NCBI GenBank assembly: GCA_043822305.1
Contig: JBDRBU010000066.1
Span: forward strand, 1-17,702
Origin: Candidatus Firestoneibacteriota bacterium
Lineage (GTDB): Bacteria > Oederibacteriota > D2-FULL-39-29 > JBDRBU01
Direction: 5' to 3'
Length of the DNA stretch: 17,702 bases
A model generated the notes under the pieces. It was not told where the DNA came from. It worked only from the letters and a program-made list of their open reading frames with translations, and made no database searches. Positions 9,203 through 16,456 of this stretch are shown one piece after another. The position numbers and the translations under genes are program-made. How positions within the stretch are numbered: the first letter of the stretch is position 1; each line of letters begins with the position of its first letter.

Positions 9203-9937
9203 TTATTTCCCTTCTTTTGCTTTCTTTAAAGATTCCTGAGCTAATTGTGTAGATTTCTTTGCTGCTTCACCACATTCCTTAAAATTATTATTGTCCATTT
9301 CTTTCTTCGCTGTAGCCAAAGCTTCTTCAGCGCTTTTATAAAGCTCAGAGGCAGAAACATCAGCACCTGCTTCTTTTGCCTCAACTAAAGCGGTTTTGGC
9401 CCGAGTTAATTCAGCCGTTGCTTTCTCAACTTCATCAAGCGCCTTTTTTATGCCATCTAACGCCTGTGAACCAAAATTTTTTGCGAAACTATATTTTTTT
9501 AATCTTACATAATTCCTTGTATCATATAGTAAATCATTTACTTCTTTAATCTTTTTACCATATGTTTTATCCAAACCAAGTTCTTTTGCATATCTTATGC
9601 TCTTTTCTGTCTCATCTATGAGATTTGAAACAATAGTTGGAAGTTCTCTAACCTCCCTTGCTTCTGAAGATGCTTTTAAAGCAAGTTCTATGGCCTTAGC
9701 GTAGCTCCCCTTGTTAAGATAATCATTCGCCGTGGCTAAATCTGCCTTGGCCGTGTTAAACAAATCAATTAAATCTTTCTTGTTTTCCGAAGATTCAGTT
9801 TGTTTAATCTCTTTTTCTGCTTGGGCCATAGAATTAACCGCATTGTCATATGCAGGTTTATCTTCAGGTTTTATATATTTTCCACAGCTGTATAAGAAAA
9901 CCAATCCTACCATTAAACAAATATATTTTTTTAACAT
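9203..9937 (-). CDS. Alanine/lysine-rich helical lipoprotein (DUF4398-like repeats)
   Basis: Start moved to ATG 9937 (AGGAGG SD at 9945-9950), giving 244 aa. Signal peptide MLKKYICLMVGLVFLYS-C with lipobox. Helical modules such as AKEAGADVSASELYKSAEEALATAK. Confidence 0.75.
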   Translation of the reverse strand: MLKKYICLMVGLVFLYSCGKYIKPEDKPAYDNAVNSMAQAEKEIKQTESSENKKDLIDLFNTAKADLATANDYLNKGSYAKAIELALKASSEAREVRELPTIVSNLIDETEKSIRYAKELGLDKTYGKKIKEVNDLLYDTRNYVRLKKYSFAKNFGSQALDGIKKALDEVEKATAELTRAKTALVEAKEAGADVSASELYKSAEEALATAKKEMDNNNFKECGEAAKKSTQLAQESLKKAKEGK

Positions 9938-9952
9938 TCTGCAGCCTCCTTT

Positions 9953-9995
9953 TGTCATTGCCCTGTACCGTAATGGTGCAGGGCGTGGCAATCTC
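9953..9995 (+). repeat. GTCATTGC..GTGGCAATCTC palindromic element with a nested CCTGTACC/GGTGCAGG hairpin
   Basis: TGTCATTGC-CCTGTACCGTAATGGTGCAGG-GCGTGGCAATCTC. 10-bp stem GCCCTGTACC/GGTGCAGGGC (one G-T pair) inside ATTGC/GCAAT. Confidence 0.7.
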
Positions 9996-9998
9996 ATA

Positions 9999-10032
9999 AA
10001 TGGAGTCGGGGTCGTCCCTGACCCCGACATAC
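9999..10032 (+). repeat. REP-like hairpin repeat (GTCGGGGTC family), copy 2
   Basis: AATGGAGTCGGGGTCGTCCCTGACCCCGACATAC. Perfect stem 10005-10013/10020-10028. Confidence 0.92.
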
Positions 10033-10059
10033 TTTATATAAATTACAACGGCTTTCAGA

Positions 10060-10944
10060 CTACTCTTTTACTTTTCCTTTTTTATAAGCTTCTTCTATAT
10101 TTCCAATAAATGGTTTAAGTAATGATGTAAACTCCATCGGGAAAATATATTTTGTTGATGGCGATGCTCCTAATGCCTTTAATGCTTCTAAATATTGCAA
10201 ACTTAGTGTTTTATCATCTATTATCTTAGCGGCACCAAAAATATTCTCTAATGCCTTTGCATATCCTTCTGCTTCTAACATCTGTGACTGCCTCTTTCCT
10301 TCTGCCCTGAGTATAGATGACTGTTTCTCTCCATCGGCTATTGTTATGGCTGCTTGTCTCATTCCATCTGCTTCTATAACCACTGCCCTTCTATGTCTTT
10401 CTGCTGCCATCTGCTTGGTCATCGCTGATTGTACCTCTGTCGGTGGCATTATCTCTCTTATCTCTACAGATGTTATTTTAACTCCCCATCTTCCTGTTAC
10501 TTCATCCATTTTCGTCCTTAATATATCATTTATCTGCTCCCTCTTTGTTAAGACATCATCTAATGGAATATCTCCAACCACGGCTCTTAATGTTGTCGTG
10601 GCTATACCTTGAGCTGCACCGGCAAAATTCCTAACCTGTATAACAGATGCTGTTGGGTCTACTACTTTCCAATAAATTAGAAAATCCACTGATATCGGTG
10701 CATTATCTTTTGTTATACATGTTTGCTCTGGAATTTCCAAATATGCCTCTCTTAAATCTACCCAGACTATCTGGTCAACCACTGGCCAGACAAAAACTAC
10801 TCCAGGCCCTTTTTCTCCTCTTGATTTACCCAATCTAAAAAGTACTAACCTCTGATATTCCTTTACTATCTTTATCACACTAGATACCACAATTACAACA
10901 AAAAGTATAACTATCACTAATACCATCATTGCCGGTCCTATCAT
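10060..10944 (-). CDS. SPFH/band 7 stomatin-like membrane protein
   Basis: 294 aa with an N-terminal TM helix. Motifs IVKEYQRLVLFRLG, GPG, ITKDN, TTLRAVVG, WGVKITSVEI, QMAAER. AGGAGG SD. Downstream of nfeD. Confidence 0.93.
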   Translation of the reverse strand: MIGPAMMVLVIVILFVVIVVSSVIKIVKEYQRLVLFRLGKSRGEKGPGVVFVWPVVDQIVWVDLREAYLEIPEQTCITKDNAPISVDFLIYWKVVDPTASVIQVRNFAGAAQGIATTTLRAVVGDIPLDDVLTKREQINDILRTKMDEVTGRWGVKITSVEIREIMPPTEVQSAMTKQMAAERHRRAVVIEADGMRQAAITIADGEKQSSILRAEGKRQSQMLEAEGYAKALENIFGAAKIIDDKTLSLQYLEALKALGASPSTKYIFPMEFTSLLKPFIGNIEEAYKKGKVKE

Positions 10945-10963
10945 CTTGCCTCCTTTTTATTTT

Positions 10964-11001
10964 ATTCCCCCTTATTAAAGGGAGCCAGGGGGTTGTTCTT
11001 T
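10964..11001 (+). repeat. CCCCCTT/AAGGGGG palindromic repeat, copy 3 (solitary)
   Basis: ATTCCCCCTTATTAAAGGGAGCCAGGGGGTTGTTCTTT aligns with 32-69. It fills the nfeD-SPFH gap and abuts the nfeD stop. Confidence 0.82.
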
Positions 11002-12277
11002 ATTCTTTTCTTTTTTTCAATGGCTCCACCACTAATTTCACCCCTTCGACTGATATTACTTTCACCTCCTCGCCTTTTTTAATCGGTTCACCAGTATTAC
11101 TTACGGCACTCCAATCTTCATTATTAACAAAAACAATTCCTTCAGGGTCTATCCCAACTTTCACCTCTCCTATCGAATGGATTAAACTACTTATTCCTGT
11201 CACAACTTTACCTTTAAGTGATGCAATCCCTATTGAAATTATAAAAGCAAAAAATCCTACAGTTAAGACTAACATGGTAATAACTACTGTTAGTGATATC
11301 CTGAAATATGGGACCATAGGATTAAACATAAGTAACGAACCAATAAATAAAGAAACTGCCCCTCCTGTGGCCAGTACTCCATGTGTCATGGCTTTTATCT
11401 CTAAAATAAATAAAACTACGGCTAAGATTATAAGAGCTACACCCGCATAGTTTATCGGTAAACTACCAAACGAGACTAAGGCTAACAGGATACATATCGT
11501 TCCGGCTATCCCGGCTAACCCAATACCAGGTGCGGCTAATTCATAAATTAATCCATAAAGACCTATCATAAATAAAACATAGGCAACATTAGGGTCGCCT
11601 AATACATGAAATAAACCTTCTCTCTTGCTCATTTTTACATATTTAATTTCTGCATCTTTAAGATTTAAAATAACTTCACCCTTTAATCTTTTTATTTTCT
11701 GACCATCAAGTTTAACAATCAAACTATGAATATCGTCTGCTATGGCATCTATAATCTTCTTATCCAAAGCTTCTGCCTCTGTTATGGATACACTCTCTCT
11801 TACTGCTTTTTCAGCCCACTTTTCGTCTCTACCCTTATTCTTGGCAAGTGTTCTTATATATGCTGCTGCATCGTTTGTAATTTTCTCGGATGCCGTCTTA
11901 CCTGATATATCTACTGGATGGGCTGCACCTAAATTTGTTTCAGAAGACATGACGATATAATCAGAGGCCATGGCTATAAATAATCCAGCTGAGGCTGACC
12001 TTGCTCCTTTTGGATATACATGAACTACAACAGGAATTTCTGAATCTAATATCTTTTGAACAATACTTCTCATAGAAGTATCAAGACCACCTGGAGTATC
12101 CATCTGAATTATTACGCATTCTGCCTTTTCCTTCTCAGCCGTGCTAATTCCCCTGACAATATACTCACTGGCCATAGGATTTATGACACCTGAGAACTGT
12201 AAAACAATTACTTGCTTTGCAGAAGAAATCCCACCAAAAAACAAACATATCATTAAAACTATTTTAAATATTTTCAT
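11000..12277 (-). CDS. nfeD: NfeD long form: membrane-bound ClpP-class serine protease
   Basis: Signal peptide, DTPGG, SASAG (catalytic Ser), GAAHPV, SEK (Lys), TM region, and C-terminal OB fold (EGIVFVNNEDWSA). ATG 12277 fits the AGGAG spacing better than TTG 12286. Confidence 0.92.
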   Translation of the reverse strand: MKIFKIVLMICLFFGGISSAKQVIVLQFSGVINPMASEYIVRGISTAEKEKAECVIIQMDTPGGLDTSMRSIVQKILDSEIPVVVHVYPKGARSASAGLFIAMASDYIVMSSETNLGAAHPVDISGKTASEKITNDAAAYIRTLAKNKGRDEKWAEKAVRESVSITEAEALDKKIIDAIADDIHSLIVKLDGQKIKRLKGEVILNLKDAEIKYVKMSKREGLFHVLGDPNVAYVLFMIGLYGLIYELAAPGIGLAGIAGTICILLALVSFGSLPINYAGVALIILAVVLFILEIKAMTHGVLATGGAVSLFIGSLLMFNPMVPYFRISLTVVITMLVLTVGFFAFIISIGIASLKGKVVTGISSLIHSIGEVKVGIDPEGIVFVNNEDWSAVSNTGEPIKKGEEVKVISVEGVKLVVEPLKKRKE

Positions 12278-12309
12278 ACTTTTCAACTCCTTTTTTATTT
12301 ATAAATCCT

Positions 12310-13053
12310 TTACTTTCGTCCCCATATGTACCTCCCCATGACCAAAACCATCCCATCTAATATTAAATTCAAGTTTATTATATTTATCCCGTTAATATAA
12401 GGAGCCATAAGATTCGCAGCTCCTCCTGTGGCTATAACTTTACTATTATTTCCAATAACTCTTTTTATCTTGTTCATAAGACCTTTTATCATTTCTATAT
12501 TACCATAAAATGCTCCGATTTGTATACAATCTTTTGTGCTTTTTCCTATGAGATTATTTACTTTCTTAAACTTAATCTTTGGTAATTTATCAGTATTTTC
12601 GTATAAAAAATTTCCCCACATTTTTATACCGGGAAGTATAACGCCACCGGCAAATTCTCCTTTTTTATTTACAACATTAAAAGTAGTTGCTGTCCCAAAA
12701 TCAATAATTATTAAAGGAGGACCATACTTCTCTCTGGCGGAATAAGAGGCTAACAATCTATCTATTCCAACTTCTGATTTTTTTTTATAAAGATTTTTTA
12801 TATGGACATCTGAATTTTTTATTTCAAGTATTCTGGTTTTAATATTTTTCTTTAAAGTTTTTGTAACTGAAGGAACTACTGAAGATATTACAGTATATTT
12901 TATGTCTTTTCTTCCAAAAATGTTATAGTTTTTAAAATCCTTTGTTTTTGTGGGTATATGTTGGACAAAAATTAATTTTTTATCCTTATATAATCCACAA
13001 GTAATATTTGTATTTCCTATATTTATGGCTAGTATTTTAGAACACATTTCCAC
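12310..13053 (-). CDS. coaX: Type III pantothenate kinase
   Basis: Motifs (N)IGNTN, SSVVP, VGIDR, IIDFGTATT, GGVILPG, IATGG. Overlaps the 3' end of birA, a common pairing. Start is GTG 13053 or ATG 13047. Confidence 0.93.
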   Translation of the reverse strand: MEMCSKILAINIGNTNITCGLYKDKKLIFVQHIPTKTKDFKNYNIFGRKDIKYTVISSVVPSVTKTLKKNIKTRILEIKNSDVHIKNLYKKKSEVGIDRLLASYSAREKYGPPLIIIDFGTATTFNVVNKKGEFAGGVILPGIKMWGNFLYENTDKLPKIKFKKVNNLIGKSTKDCIQIGAFYGNIEMIKGLMNKIKRVIGNNSKVIATGGAANLMAPYINGINIINLNLILDGMVLVMGRYIWGRK

Positions 13054-13999
13054 TCACTACCTTTCTAATCATACCATTATCTAACCGTATTAATAAGGCA
13101 CATTCATCATCAACATCTATGGCATATCCTTCAATAATATCTCCCTCTGTGGCTACCTTAACCCTTTTATTTAAAGTAACTGATTTTCCCTTCCAATTTT
13201 CTAAAATTGGTTTGAAACCTTCTTTTTTAAACATCTCATAATAGTTTTCAATATTTTGCAGTATGACCTTTAAAAGATTTAATCGCAAGATGTCTCTTCC
13301 TAATTCTATTTTTAACGATGTAGCTGTACTTCTTATATTAAAAGGAAAATCTTTTTTTAAGAAATTAACATTAACACCCAGACCAATAACCAGATAATTT
13401 ACTATATCTAATTCTGCTTTTATTTCAGTAAGGATTCCACATAATTTTTTGCCATTATATAAAACATCATTAGGCCATTTTAATTTAGTATCTAATCCGG
13501 TGGTTTCTTTTATGGCCTCAATGACAGATAATCCTCCCAAAAATGTTATCTTTGAAGCATGATGCGGACTAATCCTCGGCTTTAAAATAATAGAAAAATA
13601 CAATCCCAGACAAGACGGAGAGAGCCAACTTCTGCCTAATCTTCCTTTTCCATAAGTTTGTTTTTCCGAAATAATAACCGTTCCTTCTTTTACCTTTCCC
13701 CCGGCTAATCTTAATGCAAAATCGTTTGTAGAACCTATCTCATTGAAACAATATAAATCTTTCCCTATGTATTTTGTATTTAAATCTTCTTTTATTTCTG
13801 CTGGAAGTAGTTTATCCGGAGAAGAAATAAATTTATAACCCAGATGTGGATGTGGTTCAATATTATATCCCTGGTTTATTAAAGAATGTATATGTTTCCA
13901 GATAGCCGTTCTACTTATCTTAAATTTCTTACTTAATTCTTCACCTGAAACATGCTCATTTTTATATAACTTAATTATTTTTAAAATTTCTTCTTCCAT
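13037..13999 (-). CDS. birA: Bifunctional biotin operon repressor / biotin-[acetyl-CoA-carboxylase] ligase
   Basis: wHTH VSGEELSKKFKISRTAIWKHI, then STN, QTYGKGRLGRSW, KWPND, KLCGIL. ATG 13999 (320 aa) preferred because the TTG 14068 extension is repeat sequence. Confidence 0.95.
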   Translation of the reverse strand: MEEEILKIIKLYKNEHVSGEELSKKFKISRTAIWKHIHSLINQGYNIEPHPHLGYKFISSPDKLLPAEIKEDLNTKYIGKDLYCFNEIGSTNDFALRLAGGKVKEGTVIISEKQTYGKGRLGRSWLSPSCLGLYFSIILKPRISPHHASKITFLGGLSVIEAIKETTGLDTKLKWPNDVLYNGKKLCGILTEIKAELDIVNYLVIGLGVNVNFLKKDFPFNIRSTATSLKIELGRDILRLNLLKVILQNIENYYEMFKKEGFKPILENWKGKSVTLNKRVKVATEGDIIEGYAIDVDDECALLIRLDNGMIRKVVSGNVF

Positions 14000-14004
14000 A
14001 GGGA

Positions 14005-14091
14005 TAAAGGGGACAGCGACTTTTAAATCCACTCTCTTAATGGAACAATCCAATCTATTCTCTATCAATTTAATAGTCGCTGTCCCCTTTA
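14005..14091. mobile_element. 87-bp MITE/REPIN-like inverted-repeat element
   Basis: Perfect 17-bp inverted repeat TAAAGGGGACAGCGACT (14005-14021)/AGTCGCTGTCCCCTTTA (14075-14091), extending to 24 bp with one mismatch. 39-bp spacer. TA at both ends. Confidence 0.75.
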
Positions 14092-14346
14092 AATCAGTCC
14101 AGATTTTTCTTCAAATTTTTTCATATTATCTTGCAAGGCTAACAAAAATCTTTTTGTATGCTGAGGTGAAGAGATTATTCTCGACCTTATTTTATTCCTT
14201 GGTTGACCGGGAAATACAAAAGCAAAATCTATTATAAATTCCGTAGCTGTATGAGAAACCACAGCAAAATTAGCGTATATCCCCTTACCCGTTTCTTCAT
14301 CAATCTCTAAATTAACCTCCCCTTCTTTACCTCCATTTCCACTCAT
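14089..14346 (-). CDS. DUF3467 domain-containing protein
   Basis: 85 aa from ATG 14346 (AGGAGGTG SD). Motifs GIYANFAVVSHTATEFIIDF and SRIISSPQHTK. Confidence 0.9.
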   Translation of the reverse strand: MSGNGGKEGEVNLEIDEETGKGIYANFAVVSHTATEFIIDFAFVFPGQPRNKIRSRIISSPQHTKRFLLALQDNMKKFEEKSGLI

Positions 14347-14355
14347 ATACACCTC

Positions 14356-14380
14356 CTGATATCAGATGACAGTTCTGTCA
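14356..14380. promoter_or_regulatory. Two adjacent palindromes, possibly an operator
   Basis: CTGATATCAG (14356-14365) and TGACAG-TT-CTGTCA (14367-14380) lie between the upstream stop codon and the DUF3467 SD. Confidence 0.3.
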
Positions 14381-16450
14381 AAAATATAATCCAATTTTTT
14401 TTAATTCTTTAATTTTCTTCATTATGTGTGTTTGGTTTTTCTTTAATAATTTTTTACCATTTGTACAAAATTTACATTTTGGATTATCACAAAGAAGAAT
14501 ATCTAATCTTCCTTTTTCTATTTCTCTTATTGTAGTATTAACTATATCCTTCGCCCTTATTATGACAACATCTGCATTTCCTAAACTGCTTTTTTTTATA
14601 ATCCCGGATTTTTTAAAAACTTTCTCAATCTTTGAATCTTTTTTATAAAAATCTCTGCAACCAGATGGCGATTTAGTAACTTTAACTATTTCCTCTTTAC
14701 CGGCCATACCGGCGTCTCTTTCAACAATTGCTTTCTCTGTAGTTAGGTAAGGTAAATCTAACCAATCTTCTATAGCGTGTAAAGTAGTATTGCACCCCAG
14801 ACCCGTGCCGATAAAGATTACTTTTGCATTTAATTTCACATACTTCCCATATGGACTTTCTTTGGCAAAAGTACTTCCCTTATGTCCAGTTACTAATTCC
14901 CCTGCACCTTTTCCAACCGCACTTATTGAATGTGTGGGATGTTCACTTCTAAAAACATCTTTTCTCCTGAGTAACGCATTTGTTATTTCGCCTACTCTTG
15001 ATGGAGTTTTTTTTGGATTAAAGGCATAGTATCCTCCCAGAAACGAGAAACTTAAGGTAGGCACTATAACTATCCCCTCTTTTCCGACACATTCAACTAA
15101 GGCCTCAACAACAGTCTCAGCACCGCCTTCTACAACTCCAATACTTTTAAACGAAGAATGAACAAAAAGCACATCTCTTTTTTTTATTCCCATCTTCTTT
15201 AAATCTTTAATGATTTCTTGTTTTTTAATTCTATCATTCTTTTTAAATTTAATATATCCATTTTTGCCCATATATTTAAAAAATTTTATTAAATCTTTTA
15301 ATTTTATTTTATTAATTAGACTAATTATGTTAAATATCTCCGCTATTGTTCTTTTTCCATCAACCCAGTTAAGCATTACATTTGAATCTTTTTCAGAAAG
15401 TATCCAGGATAATGGAATTCCTGAAAATGTTTGCTCGGGAATTAATGAATGTGCAAATTTATTTTCTTTTAAGATATGTTTATTATTATTTTTATTGTAA
15501 AGATTAATAACTTCTTTAAGACTAACACACCTCATGTTGTAAAGATTTATAACTATATCTTTGTAAAACTTTTCTACCGATTCTCTTAAATCATCTGATA
15601 ATTTATGAACATAATTTCTTAAGCTAACCTTGTCCCCTTTATTGATTACAAGTTTTAACAAATCAGAAAGAGCGTTTGTTTCAATATTCATCAAATAATT
15701 TAATCTTTTATTAAATGATTCAAGATTCACATTAATACTACCTGTAAATTTTGTAAATGAATCTTGTATATTTTTAAAAAGGCGAGTTCTGGCACGAGTT
15801 ACCATTTCTTCACCTAACCAGCAAACATGATGAAGTCCAGAAGTAGCAAAGAAATAAAGACATGTGCCAATTACAACCCCAACATTATCAGGCGTATCTT
15901 TATCAGTCTCTTCAATTAACCTGACTAAAAAATCGTTCACATAAGAAGGAAATGAAGGACATGATTTTCCAATCACTAAATTTGTTCCGGCCTTATCTTC
16001 ATCTTCTCCGGCTATATCCAAGTTTATTCCTGCTATAATTTTTAAATTTTTATTTTTTTTTGCTTTAAAGAAAGATGCAAGGGCAAATATTTTATGCATC
16101 AAAATAAATCTAATAGTTCTTTCTGGTTTAAGTAGGATTTTTTTATTAATAAGATTAACTAAAGTCCTTGCAACTTCTAAACTTACTCTACAACCAGATG
16201 CATTATCATGAGAAATAACTAAGATTTCTTCTCCTTTCTTTTTCTCATTCACTCCAGGAATAACTCCAGTAATAGTATCAATAATTCCATGACAAGATAT
16301 TAACTCCACTTCAGCCAGACCGATTTCCCTCATTTTATCTGCACACCATTTTGCGGTTTCTTTATCAGAATAATGGATTTTTGCAATATTCTGTTTTGCT
16401 ATTTTACCTGAAAATTCTTTTGATACTGCTTCAAATATATTTTTATACAT
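14378..16450 (-). CDS. Fusion protein: degenerate M28/DUF4910-like peptidase domain, wHTH-like segment, and AAC(3)-family N-acetyltransferase
   Basis: C-terminal part (about 14378-15229) has LFVHSSFKSIG, VEGGAETVVEAL, VPT, RSEHPTHS, SPYGK and NTTLHAIE, which define the AAC(3)/Antibiotic_NAT family. N-terminal part has EEILVISH-DNASG, RTIRF, GINLD and LNWVDGKRTIAEI, resembling M28/DUF4910. Confidence 0.8.
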   Translation of the reverse strand: MYKNIFEAVSKEFSGKIAKQNIAKIHYSDKETAKWCADKMREIGLAEVELISCHGIIDTITGVIPGVNEKKKGEEILVISHDNASGCRVSLEVARTLVNLINKKILLKPERTIRFILMHKIFALASFFKAKKNKNLKIIAGINLDIAGEDEDKAGTNLVIGKSCPSFPSYVNDFLVRLIEETDKDTPDNVGVVIGTCLYFFATSGLHHVCWLGEEMVTRARTRLFKNIQDSFTKFTGSINVNLESFNKRLNYLMNIETNALSDLLKLVINKGDKVSLRNYVHKLSDDLRESVEKFYKDIVINLYNMRCVSLKEVINLYNKNNNKHILKENKFAHSLIPEQTFSGIPLSWILSEKDSNVMLNWVDGKRTIAEIFNIISLINKIKLKDLIKFFKYMGKNGYIKFKKNDRIKKQEIIKDLKKMGIKKRDVLFVHSSFKSIGVVEGGAETVVEALVECVGKEGIVIVPTLSFSFLGGYYAFNPKKTPSRVGEITNALLRRKDVFRSEHPTHSISAVGKGAGELVTGHKGSTFAKESPYGKYVKLNAKVIFIGTGLGCNTTLHAIEDWLDLPYLTTEKAIVERDAGMAGKEEIVKVTKSPSGCRDFYKKDSKIEKVFKKSGIIKKSSLGNADVVIIRAKDIVNTTIREIEKGRLDILLCDNPKCKFCTNGKKLLKKNQTHIMKKIKELKKIGLYF

Positions 16451-16456
16451 AAATAA

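Noticed and set aside
9938..10030. N-terminal extension MSGSGTTPTPF... of the lipoprotein in the ORF track
   Set aside because: It is translated repeat DNA. ATG 9937 has a strong SD and gives a proper signal peptide and lipobox.
9163..10032. Integron gene cassette (attC sites) around the lipoprotein
   Set aside because: The repeats lack RYYYAAC/GTTRRRY ends, are too short for attC, and there is no integrase.
14000..14091. Inverted repeat upstream of birA as a BirA operator, and TTG 14068 as the start
   Set aside because: The arms do not match the known BirA operator consensus and the spacer is too long. The extension is element sequence.
14378..15229. Acquired aminoglycoside resistance gene
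   Set aside because: It is fused to another domain, has host-like base composition, sits in a housekeeping operon, and has no IS or integron context. Family membership alone does not imply resistance.
361..15500. Plus-strand ORFs in the track (for example 1711-2280, 10929-11450, 9732-10109)
   Set aside because: They are antisense shadows of well-supported minus-strand genes, rich in Phe/Ser/Leu/Ile as expected from complementing Lys/Glu-rich codons, and have no recognisable motifs.
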